Origin: Macrostomum lignano
Taxonomy: Eukaryota
NCBI GenBank assembly: GCA_002269645.1
Contig: NIVC01000109.1
Coordinates: 372,001 to 436,000, forward strand
DNA length: 64,000 bases
Direction: 5' to 3'
Made by a program: the position numbers and the translations under genes. Of the stretch, positions 11,100-21,599 are shown piece by piece. How positions within the stretch are numbered: position 1 is the stretch's first letter; every line of letters begins with the position of its first letter. The notes beneath the pieces were generated by a model. The model was not told the origin of the DNA and searched no databases. It was given only the letters and a program-made list of their open reading frames with translations.

Positions 11100-14000
11100 T
11101 CAAGTTTGCTGCCGAGGTCTTTTGCGCGAGTTTCGCGTGTCTGAAAGCGGGTTTTGGAGTAAATAATATCATCTTTATTGATCTTAGATTTTTTGATATT
11201 TTGATTTCATGAACGTAAATCCCGATTCCCCAATAAAAAATTCCTCAATCCCAGATTCCTCAATCCCAGATTCCTCAATCCCAGATTCCTCAATCCCAGA
11301 TTCCCCAATCCCCAGATTCCCCAATCCCAGATTTCCCACTACCAGATTCCCCAATCCAAGATTCCCCAATCCCAGATTCCCCAATCCCAGATTCCTCAAT
11401 CCCAGATTCCTCAATCCCAGATTCCTCAATCCCAGATTCCCCAATCCCAGATTCCTCAATCCCAGATTCCTCAATCCCAGATTCCCCAATCCCAGATTCC
11501 TCAATCCCAGATTCCTCAATCCCAGATTCCCCAATCCCAGATTCCCCAATCCCTGATTCCCCAATCCCAGATTCCCCAATCCCAGATTCCCCAATCCCAG
11601 ACTCCCCAATCCCAGATTCCCCAATCCCAGATTCCCCAATCCCAGATTCCCCAATCCCAGATTCCCCAATTCCAGATTCCCCCAATCCCGGATTCCCCAA
11701 TCCCAGATTTCCCAGTCCTATATGCCCCAAATCTCTAATTCCCTATCACAAATTCCCCAAAGCTGGATTTCATGCTCCCCAATTTATTCTAATCCCACAT
11801 GCCGCATCACCTGCAGAGCCGACATTGCCGCACTCTTTGCCAAAGAAGACAATTTCCAAATCTTCGCTTTCGAACCCGTTGCTTCGAACTGTCAACCGGC
11901 ATTTCAGCCGGTCATTTCTGGTGATGGAAGTCATGTCCGGCGTTCTCACAACCAGCAGATGCTGCAATTAATCATTTAGAAACGATGAAGGTCATATTAT
12001 AATCAGACAGCTTATCGCAAAATATCTCTGAGAAAATAAAACTTGCCTTTTTCAGTTCTACAATCGAACACGAACGAACAAAGTTACGAAGTGAACCCGT
12101 CGATTCAGCAGATGCAGATCCGGCACTTGATTGGCCGTGTAATGTTTGCAGATCAACTTTTATGTCGTTTTTGTTGATTCCTGAAGTATTTTTACACTTA
12201 CTATGTATAAATCTGTTGGTGGGTGCCTGTGCAGTGAGGTGCGTGTCGGTGGAGTGAGGTGGGTGTGGGTGGAGTGAGGTGGGTGTGGGTGGAGTGAGGT
12301 GGGTGTGGGTGGAGTGAGGTTGGTGTCGGTGAAGTGAGGTGGGTGTCGGTGGAGTGAGGTGGGTGTCGGTGGAGTGAGGTGGGTGTGGGTGGAGTGAGGT
12401 GGGTGTCGGTGGAGTGAGGTGGGTGTCGGTGGAGTGAGGTGGGTGTGGGTGGAGTGAGGTGGGTATCGGTGGAGTGAGGTGGGTGTCTGTGGAGTGAGTT
12501 GGTGTTGGTGGAGTGAGGTGGGTGACGGTGGAGTGAGGTGGATGCCGGTGGAGTGAGGTGGGTGCCTGTGGAGTGAGGTGGGTGTCGGTGGAGTGAGGTG
12601 TGTGTGAGTGGAGTGAGTTGGTGTTGGTGGAGTGAGGTGGGTGTTAGTGGAGTGAGGTTGGTGTGGGTGGAGTGAGGTTGGTGTGGGTGGAGTGAGGTTG
12701 GTGTGGGTGGAGTGAGGTGTCGGTGGAGTGAGGTTGGTTTCGGTGGAGTGAGGTTGATGTCGGTGGAGTGAGTTGGTTTTGGTGGAGTGAGGTGGGTGTC
12801 GGTGGAGTGAGGTGGGTGTCGGTGGAGTGAGGTGGGTGTCGGTGGAGTGAGTTGGGTGCAGGTGTCTTTAGACTGAGATGGGTGCCTTTGGGGAAAGCAG
12901 ACGTCTGTAGTAAAGTAACCAATCAATAAATCAATCTACCTGTCGTTGGCGTCTTGGTCAGAATGGCCACCAGACTGCCACCAGTCAGGGGCACCTCTGC
13001 CGGATTCAAGCGCTCAACCGCGATGGATTTCTTCTGTTCTGAATGGTGAATTTTTCAATTAATAGGTAATAAATTAAATCAGATATTTTGTAAAAACTTT
13101 GAAATTTTCCCGTAAGTCTTAGCATATACTTGAACATAGATTCCGAGTTCTACATTCCGAATTCCAGATAACAAGCTCCAGATCCCAAATCTCACATTTA
13201 GAAACACAGATCCCGAATCCCAGATCCCGAATCCCAGATCCCGAATCCCAGATCCCGAACCCCAGAATCCCAGATCCCGAACCCCAGAATCCCAGATCCC
13301 GAACTTTAGATCTTGCATCCTAAATCTCGAATCCCAGATCCCGAATCCTAAATCTCGAATCCCAGATCCCGAATCCCAGATCCCGAATCCCAGATCCCGA
13401 ACCCCAGAATCCCAGATCCCGAATCCCAGATCCCGAACCCCAGAATCCCAGATCCCGAACTTTAGATCTTGCATCCCAAATCTCGAATCCCAGATCCCGA
13501 ATCCTAAATCTCGAATCCCAGATCCCGAACCCCAGATCTTGCATCCCAAATCTTGAATCCCAGTTCCCGAATCCCATATCCTGAATCCCAGATCTCGAAT
13601 CCCAGATCCTGAATCCAAGATCCCGAATCCAACATATGAGTCCTAGACTTCGAATTCTACGAGCGTAGATACCGAGTCCCAGATCCATAAATCCCAATTA
13701 CCAAATCCCAAATCCCAAATCACTTAAATTTAACCCCAGACCAGCAATGAGTCACAGACCATCTTGAACTTACTGTCATCATTAATAGGATCACTGTACA
13801 CCGTGCTCTGCCACCAGTGCATGCCTCTGGTGTCCGTGAATTGCAATGAAATTGCCAGCCGAATCGAACCCATGCTGCGGCTGGTGTATTCCACTTTGGA
13901 ACTTTCCACTGCTGCACACAAAGTCAAATGCGAGTTTTTAATATAGTAAAAAAAAGTGGCAACATTACTTAAAGTAGTACAATAATAATAGTACTAATAG

Positions 14001-16731
14001 ACTCACCATCAGGCAGACTGGGGACATTTGCGCGCCTCAGCTCCACTGCTCTCTCAATGTCCTTCTGACTTTTCCTGGTCACGCAGATCACGGCCAGGCG
14101 GTTGAAGCTGCATTGGTGTTGGGGGGGGGGTCTTGCGAATGCGATATGTAGCTGATGGCTATGATAGTGCTTCGGGATTGGCTTTGAGATTGGCTTTGAG
14201 ATTGGCTTTGAGATTGGCTTTGAGATTAGCTTTGAGATTGGCTTTGAGATTGGCTTTGAGATTGGCTTCGGGATTGGCTTTGAGATTGGCCTTGAGATTG
14301 GCTTTGAGATTGGCTTTGAGATGATTGGCATTGAGATTGGCTTTGAGATTGTTTTAGGGATTGGCTTTGAGATTGGCTTTGTGATTGGCTTTGAGATTGG
14401 CTTTGAGATGATTGGCATTGAGATTGGCTTTGAAATTGTTTTAGGGATTGGCTTTGAGATTGGCTTTGTGATTGGCTTTGAGATTGGCTTTGAGATTAGC
14501 TTTGAGATTGGCTTTGAGATTGGCTTTGAGATTGGCTTCGGGATTGGCTTTGAGATTGGCCTTGAGATTGGCTTTGAGATTGGCTTTGAGATGATTGGCA
14601 TTGAGATTGGCTTTGAGATTGGCTTTGAGATTGGCTTTGTGATTGGCTTTTAGATTGGTTATGTGATTGGCTTTTAGATTGGTTATGTGATTGGCTTTTA
14701 GATTGGTTTTGAGATTGGCTTTGAGATTGGCTTTGAGATTGGCTTTAACATTGGCTTTGAGATTGGCTTTGAGATTGGCTTTAAGGTTGGCTTTAACATT
14801 GGCTTTGAGATTGGCTTTGAGATTGGCTATGAGATTGGCTTTGAGATTGGCTTTGAGATTGGCTTTGAGATTGGCTTTGAGATTGGCTTTGAGATTGGCT
14901 TTGAGATTGGCTTTGAGATTGGCTTTGAGGTTGGCTTTGAGATTGGCTTTGAGATGATTGGCATTGAGATTGGCTTTGAGATTGGCTTTGAAATTGTTTT
15001 TGGGATTGGCTTTGAGATTGGCTTTGTGATTGGCTTTGAGATTGGCTTTGAGATTAGCTTTGAGATTGGCTTTGAGATTGGCTTTGAGATTGGCTTCGGG
15101 ATTGGCTTTGAGATTGGCTTTGAGATTGGCTTTGAGATTGGCTTTGAGATGATTGGCATTGAGATTGGCTTTGAGATTGGCTTTGAAATTGTTTTTGGGA
15201 TTGGCTTTGAGATTGGCTTTGAGATTGGCTTTGAGATTGGCTTCGGGATTGGCTTTGAGATTGGCTTTGAGATTGGCTTTGTGATTGGCTTTTAGATTGG
15301 TTATGTGATTGGCTTTTAGATTGGTTATGTGATTGGCTTTTAGATTGGTTTTGAGATTGGCTTTGAGATTGGCTTTGAGATTGGCTTTAACATTGGCTTT
15401 GAGATTGGCTTTGAGATTGGCTTTGAGGTTGGCTTTAACATTGGCTTTGAGATTGGCTTTGAGATTGGCTTTGAGATTGGCTTTGAGATTGGCTTTGAGG
15501 TTGGCTTTAACATTGGCTTTGAGATTGACTTTGAGATTGGCTTTGAGATTGGCTTTGAGATTGGCTTTGAGATTGGCTTTGAGATTGGCTTTGAGATTGG
15601 CTTTGAGATTGGCTTTGAAATTGGCGTTGTGAATTCATCTCAGAGTAACAGCAGATCAAAGGGGGGCCGTAGCCCAGCGGTAGCGCAGCTGCTCTGGTGT
15701 GCCAGCGACCCAGGCTCGATTCCAAGTGCAGTCACATTAATTTGGGGCTAAATTGGAAACTCGGCTTGGCTCTGCTCGTGCAATTAACAGCCTTGAGAGC
15801 CAACCCCCCAAGGCGCAGTGAAGCGTACATGCCTAACGATAAAATAAAGTTAGGGCCGCTGTACACTCCTGTGTGAGTGTGTGCCTGCGTATCCGCGCGC
15901 TTGTATGCCTGCTCAGGGAAGTCGGCGGAATGGGCAGTAATGCCTCTCGCCGGTTGTGTGCCTATGTCGCTTAAAGTGCGCCAGGGTGCACACAACCCCC
16001 CTGCATCTAAAAAATGAAAAAAAACAGCAGATCAATGAAGCTCACGTGATCTCCCATTCACTGCCCCCAATAGCTGAGTCCACGGTCTTCTTCAGCTGGA
16101 AATATCCGTTGCTGCAGTGGTCTCCGTGCAGGTAGTACGGATGAGGAGCCTTCTCCTCGGCGCTCACGGTGCACACAGTCAGCTGCAGCTGCGAGTGCAC
16201 AGCTGGGTCGATGTCGCTGACGCGAACTCTCACGAAGCTCTTGTTGCCATCGGTGGAGCTCCTGCCGAGCAGCAGGCCGCCAACTCTGCCGCTGTCCTTC
16301 TCGATCTCCGACTCGTAGCGAAATCGGTAGAACCGAGCCGGCTGCTCCTCGATGGTCAGCGACGGCGGCTTCGGCAGCGGCTGAGGCTCGTGCAGAACCA
16401 GGATCCGAGGCTGCTCTGGCAGCAGAACGTCCCTGCCAATCAACTGGGTTGTCGTCGCCTGCAGAACGATTTGAGGCTTGATTGAATTTCTGACAGCCAG
16501 AAATGCGTTCGCTTCTTTCTAGTTCATGTCTGTAAACAGCTATTTTGACAGTGAATGCGATTCTGTAATTTGCTTATTCCCACTTAATTATCACTTTCCG
16601 CCTGGGGACTGGGGACTCCACTGGGGTGAAGAAGACTGCAGGATTCTGACCATAGCTGTTTCGGGCTGGTATAGGTGGATCCCAACAGTGATTCGTGCCA
16701 TAAAACTGAAGAACACACAAGATCTTACCAT
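11100..16731 (-). CDS. Rel/NF-kB-like gene 3 (359 aa). Exons 16731-16729 (ATG only, tentative), 16458-16046, 14107-14007, 13911-13774, 13038-12940, 12180-12047 (GC donor), 11961-11811, 11140-11100
   Basis: EEQPARFYRFRYESE, FNRLAVICV, SIRLAISLQF...YSDPI, LNPAEVPLTGG, HLLVVRTPDM, and end NSRKRPRQQT* followed by AATAAA. Phases are consistent (1080 nt). Confidence 0.85.
11232..11715. repeat. 15-bp minisatellite (cccagattccycaat) in the last intron of Rel-like 3
   Basis: Tandem units; source of the spurious GESGI/LGNLG ORFs. Confidence 0.92.
12230..12860. repeat. 20-bp G-rich minisatellite (ggtggagtgaggtgggtgtc)
   Basis: Tandem units within the Rel-like 3 intron 12181-12939. Confidence 0.92.
13208..13720. 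repeat. 14-bp minisatellite (cccagatcccgaat)
   Basis: Tandem units, intronic. Confidence 0.9.
14168..15625. repeat. 12-bp satellite (gagattggcttt) with a 642-bp higher-order duplication
   Basis: Tandem units; a variant block recurs at 14701 and 15343. Confidence 0.92.
15660..16022 (+). mobile_element. tRNA-derived SINE, about 360 bp, with A-rich tail and 13-bp TSD
   Basis: A box TAGCCCAGCGG and B box GGCTCGATTCC in the head; tail aaaaaatgaaaaaaaa; AACAGCAGATCAA at both 15647-15659 and 16023-16035. Confidence 0.8.
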
Positions 16732-16968
16732 GGTAGAGAGTTGCTTTTTTAGAATTAGACCTCAACGCGAAGTAAAAAAGGAACTTGGGGGAACGCTTTG
16801 AAATGTATTTTTTAAATGGATTTTTTTTTTTAATGACTTTGCTCAAGTTAAAGTGGCCTGTTGGAATGACAATAAGCCACAAAATATCTGATTCTCTGAA
16901 TATCTGAATATGTCAAATCATGTGGTCCTAGCTTTACTAAGCTTAGCTAGCAAAAAATTTGAAACCAA

Positions 16969-16998
16969 AATTTTCCCGGGACATTCCCCGGTTTTCCC
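16969..16998. promoter_or_regulatory. Cluster of Rel/kB-type sites about 240 bp upstream of the Rel-like 3 start
   Basis: GGGACATTCC (16978-16987) matches GGGRNWYYCC; it is flanked by reverse-strand GGGAAAATT and GGGAAAACC. Confidence 0.45.
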
Positions 16999-17707
16999 GG
17001 GGCGCTGCCGCCAGTGCAAGTGTGCAAGCTTGTAGCTTGTAGCCTGTTTCTAAAAATAGAAACAGGCGCACATGTGCATGAGGAGTGGCGGCCCGTACAT
17101 CCACAAGTGAACTTGGGCTTACGAACGGAAAATCCCTAAGAGTCATTTGATCAAAAGCTAAATGAGCAATTCCTCACAAGAGTTAAGTCCTCAATTTCTC
17201 AAAATTAAGACGTCACAAGTTTGAAATCCACAACAGTGAAAATTGTTTTATGTCATTATTCAGCTATGGGATTTGGGAAGCTAAATGATGAAGTTATCGA
17301 GAGGATGTGTCTCGAGCGCCACTACATGATTACTCCATGATTAATTTTATCGTAATCCGTAGTGTAGTCGCACCGGAAGAGATCAAATTAAAAATTCATA
17401 AATAAGCTATTGCGTACACTGTAGTTTCGGGTGTTTTCTGCTTTCGAGTTGGGATTTAAAAATAGGACATATGTTAGTTCTAAGTCGTGACGCATGACAA
17501 CAGCTGATCTGTATTGATGTGTATTGAAATCAAATGCGTACATGTAGGAAAGGCATGCTATAAAAAAATCGTTTCAAAACAGATCCCTCAACAAGGTTAC
17601 CACTTACCTGGTAAAATTAGGGCCATCTACCCACTGAAAATCAGGTAGGACTGAATTTCAGTCTAGTGAGAAGGTGACTGTGAACTTTATGAAAGCATTG
17701 ACTTTGC

Positions 17708-17825
17708 ATGCCAATCGGCGCTGAGAACAACTATTTGAGCAACGATGATGGCATGACCTTCGACTGCTGGAAGCCGGTGCTCCGCAACGATTCCGGACGT
17801 GGAGCCGTCGTCCGAACCACCGGCT
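17708..17825 (+). pseudogene. Relic of the FDCWKP family gene
   Basis: DDGMTFDCWKPVLRNDS, then a frameshift within gagccgtcgtccg; lacks the Gly/Ala region and the C-terminus. Confidence 0.65.
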
Positions 17826-18523
17826 GTGTTGACTGCAATGCCAAAAGTCATTTTTGCATCATTTTCAATATGATTAAGCCTCTTTTAAAGATATCCGTTC
17901 GGGGTTTAAGCGCCTTGCATGCCTGCTTGTTTGATCAGTCCGATGGAGATACATTTCAGGCTCGTAGGCTAATGTGTTGTCTCATATTGCTTACCTGTCG
18001 CTTAAGTATTCATAGCAAAATTGTTCGCGTGAAATGATGCAATAAGCGAGACGAACCCAAGTTAAATATATGCATTGCACTTATCTATCTATCTTGTCTT
18101 TAATGAATGTGGCGGATCCACAATTTTTCATTGCCGTAATAGTTTGTAAGTTAATCAAATTCTCTGCCGTTGAAACTGGGGAAGTCAAGTTTCGAGCCTG
18201 CAAAGTTGCCAGATGGAATCGATGCTGGTGTTTCAGAGACACTTTACGACTCATCATGCTCAAATTTAGACATTGGACTAATTGACACGGAGTGGTTGTC
18301 TCTGGAAGTGTTCAAAGCTCAAATGGATAAAGTGAAACCAAACTGAGAAAAAATTCTAGTCTAAAATGTTTGATCGGCTACTGATTTATTCATTAGAAAA
18401 TGTTCAACTTCTTACGAGTAAAGCGCAAACCAATTAAGGAATAAATTTGTAATCAAACAATACGACTAAAAAGTTGCCTATGAAACACCAGCAATCATCA
18501 CTGAGCGGTCAGATGCGTATCAG

Positions 18524-19205
18524 TCAGCACTGCTCAGCGTGAGCAGCCAGCCGACCGCTCCTCAGCCTCACGAAGTCGATGCGGAACCGATCGCCCCACG
18601 AGTTCTCCAGCATCAGCAGCGGCAGCCGCAGGGACGACTCGTCGCCTGCCTTGAAGGTTGACGCCGGCAGCTCGACAACTCCGAGGACGTCGACTCGAGT
18701 CACCCTCGGGTCCGACACGACGTCGCCGAGCGGACGGCCGGACGACGGCTCGACGGAGTCGTCGCGGAGCACCGGCTTCCAGCAGTCGAAAGTCAAGTCT
18801 CCGTCAGCGGCTCCGAGAACAATCCAGCCGACGGGACCGAGGGCCACTGTTGTGGCGGCTGCGCCAGCCGCTGTGGAAGACGCCCCTGCAGCCCCAGCGC
18901 CTCCCAGAGCCGCCCCGATGGCCGCTCCCTCAGCCGCGCCGGCAGCGGCCGCGCCAGTCGCAGCGCCGCCAGCGATTCCAGAGGCGGCCGACGCCGCTCC
19001 ACCAGCGATCGGGGCCGCGGCGCCACCCGTGGCGACAACCGCTCCGATGGCAGCAGCAGTGCCGAGAACCATGGCTGTAGCTTGGCTGAAGAACTTTAAA
19101 TCCTTTTCTGGAAGCTCTGAAGCTGTCTTGAAAGAAATTTTCAACTCACTCTGCCCTATTTATGCTGCTGCTGCTGCCAGTTGTTCCTTGTAGGTCATTC
19201 AGCAT
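18524..19205 (-). CDS. Unknown Gly/Ala-zipper + GPxGW-FDCWKP protein, copy 1. Exons 19205-19150 and 19085-18524
   Basis: ATG CTG AAT...GCA GA|gtgagt and ttcttcag|C CAA GCT join in frame across a 64-nt intron; GC-rich; clear paralogy with copies 2 and 3. Confidence 0.8.
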
Positions 19206-19572
19206 CGCCACTGTCTTTTTGTAAGTTGTGAAACCTGGCGGAAAAACTCTTCAACTCACTAGGCTACTACATTGTGCACCATTTTTCAGTTTTCAATTTT
19301 CGATTATCTAACAATAAGAACAATTGCCAGAATAACACGGTTGTACCTGTTGCTCTGCGAAGTACAAGCTAAGCAGCAATTTTCATTTTCCATTTTTCGT
19401 TTTGCAACAAAAGCACAATGGGAGCCCATTGAGGGCTTTTATTGACCTGTTTTGGACTTACAAGGAACCAGAGACAGCATAAATACGAGGCTGCCGGACG
19501 GACAATTTTGCAAGACTTCTCAGCCCATAAAGAATCAAGAAGCAAGCAGAGCACAAACTGACCTGCAGCAGC

Positions 19573-20139
19573 ATGCTGATCATCGGAGCACTCAGCGGAG
19601 CCTGGCTCACCTCGGGAGCGGCCAGCGCGGCCCTGGTGGGACTGGCGACGGGCGCCGGTCTGGGCGCCGGGGCGCAGCTGGCCGGCTCGGGAGCCGCCGG
19701 AGCCGCCGGCGCAGCGGCCGGGGCCGCCTCGGCTGCGGCCATCCTCGGAGCGGCCATCGGAGGCGACGTCTCGTCGGCGGTGGCGGGCGGCGCGGCGTCG
19801 CTGCCGGCCTCCTGGGCGGTGGCATCGCCGGCGCTGATGTCGGGCCCGCTCGGTTGGTTGCTGGTCGGCTGCTCGACCGACACCGCCGCAGCCGCCGCAG
19901 GTTCAGTCAGCTTCGACTGTTGGAAGCCGCTGGTGCGCGACCTCTCGGCCGAGCCGTCAGCCGGCCGGCTGCTGCGGGACCTCGCCGCCGACCCGAGGAT
20001 CGCCGAGGTGGCCGTCAGGGCTGTCGGAGCGTCGCCGCAGATCCGCCTGCGCAACGTCTGGGGCGAGGCGTTCGGCCTGCGACTCATCGAGCTGCCTGGC
20101 AGTCGGGTGGCGGCGCACGCCGAGCCGTTGCTGGAGTGA
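19573..20139 (+). CDS. Unknown Gly/Ala-zipper + GPxGW-FDCWKP protein, copy 2 (5' end uncertain)
   Basis: 188-aa ORF containing GPLGWLLVG...SFDCWKPLVRDLSAEPSAGRLLRDLAADPRI...RVAAHAE. Confidence 0.8.
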   Translation: MLIIGALSGAWLTSGAASAALVGLATGAGLGAGAQLAGSGAAGAAGAAAGAASAAAILGAAIGGDVSSAVAGGAASLPASWAVASPALMSGPLGWLLVGCSTDTAAAAAGSVSFDCWKPLVRDLSAEPSAGRLLRDLAADPRIAEVAVRAVGASPQIRLRNVWGEAFGLRLIELPGSRVAAHAEPLLE

Positions 20140-20345
20140 CTTTCAGACACTTGCTGAGCCATTTTGCTGTGGGACGGTTTGGTCCGCTTCAATTTAAATT
20201 ATACATCGACTTAATACTTTAATTGGGCTGTCTTTGTTGGCTCATTTTTATTACTCAACCAGGCCCATTGTATTGGATTTTCAGTTAGGCATCAGTTCTG
20301 GATCTAACCTGAGATATAAGTAGGTTTAATCTTCTACAATTGCAG

Positions 20346-20991
20346 CCAAGCGGGTTTAACCATGGTGGCTGCCACTGCCGTTGCTGTCGGAGCCATCGTT
20401 GCCACAGGTGGCGCCGCTGCGGCAGCTGGAGCCGGTGCGGCCACTGCTAGCGGAGGAATCGGAGCAGGTGCGTCAGTTGCAGGGGCGTCAGCTGCAGCTT
20501 CCACCGCAGGAAGCACGGCTGCTGGCATTGCGAGCGGTGCGCTGACAGGCGCTGCCGCTGCTGGAACTCTTGAAGGAGCGGCCGTAGGGGCCGCTGTGGG
20601 AGGCGCTGGCGCTGCCGGCGTGTCCTCGAGTGCAGCTGGCGCAGCCGGGGCTGCCACAGCAGGCGGACTGGCCCTCGGTCCGGTCGGCTGGATCGTTCTC
20701 GGAGCCGCTGACGGAGACTTGACTTTCGACTGCTGGAAGCCGGTGCTCCGCGACGACTCCGTCGAGCCGTCGTCCGGCCGTCCGCTCGGCGACGTCGTGT
20801 CGGACCCGAGGGTGACTCGAGTCGACGTCCTCGGAGTTGTCGAGCTGCCGGCGTCAACCGTCAAGGGAGGCGACGAGTCGTCCCTGCAGCTGCCGCTGCT
20901 GATGCTGGAGAACTCGTGGGGCGATCGGTTCCGCATCAACTTCGTGAGGCTGATGAGCGGTCGGCTGGCTGCTCACGCTGAGCAGTGCTGA
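20346..20991 (+). CDS. Unknown Gly/Ala-zipper + GPxGW-FDCWKP protein, copy 3 (acceptor at 20345, ATG at 20362)
   Basis: 209-aa ORF; same acceptor context (cag|ccaagc) as copy 1; C-terminal half nearly identical to copy 1. Confidence 0.8.
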
Positions 20992-21599
20992 CTCCACACT
21001 TGACTGTCTAAACATCGTACATGATTCATGTATTTTTTTAATTCAACGAATTGCTTGGAGAACAGACTGAAAATCCATTGCTCCGCCTGTAATCTCAACT
21101 TATGCCGGTACATGCAGGTCCCACAATGCTTATGTAGATTTTAGATTTAAAAAAAATTAAATTGATTGCACAAAACTCTGAGTCACTAATTTTGAGTAGA
21201 TAAATATTTTAAATATACTAACAACGAAATTACGAGTGTACATGTCTAAATTAGGAAAAATCAAGACATCAAGACAGCTCTACTTCTGCCCTTGAAGATG
21301 TCTTTAATAACAATTTCCGGCTTCAGATAGAATTTCTGTTTCCGTGCATATCACACTACGAGCGTCCTGTATCGAATACGAAAAAAAAGATTGAATAAAA
21401 ATTGCAGGTGTTTGTCTCTACACATCTGCTAGCTGTTTAATTCTTTTAATTAATTAAAAGACGAAAAATTGCTAATTTATTTTTGAGCTTTTGTGGAAAC
21501 GAATTTTTGAACCTCCAACTGGGCGATGATTGCGTATTTGTTGAAAACCGTAACTGTTCTTCTCATTGTTGGATAAACTTGGAAAACTGAAAAGTGATG

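Noticed and set aside
11184-15725. Long repetitive ORFs (LGNLG, GESGI, PTSLH, ISKP, LALR, IGFE)
   Set aside because: These are translations of intronic minisatellites inside Rel-like gene 3.
15662-15735. Functional tRNA gene
   Set aside because: The B box is degenerate, no clean cloverleaf or T-run terminator is evident, and it is embedded in a TSD-flanked, A-tailed unit, so it is a SINE head.
4152-16458. NFAT assignment
   Set aside because: RFRY and the HP..L.G..C..G motif match NF-kB/Rel rather than the NFAT HHRAHYETEGSRG pattern; this is not formally tested by phylogeny.
2783-16731. A single polyprotein with three RHD-IPT repeats
   Set aside because: Each unit has its own short terminal exon with an NLS-like motif and an in-phase stop (2783, 6990, 11100), and units 2 and 3 have plausible start exons.
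18579-20857. Antisense and alternate-frame ORFs over the FDCWKP genes, and similar ones over aralar, NNT and the YR
   Set aside because: These are shadow ORFs expected from GC-rich coding sequence; the conserved motifs are in the called frames.
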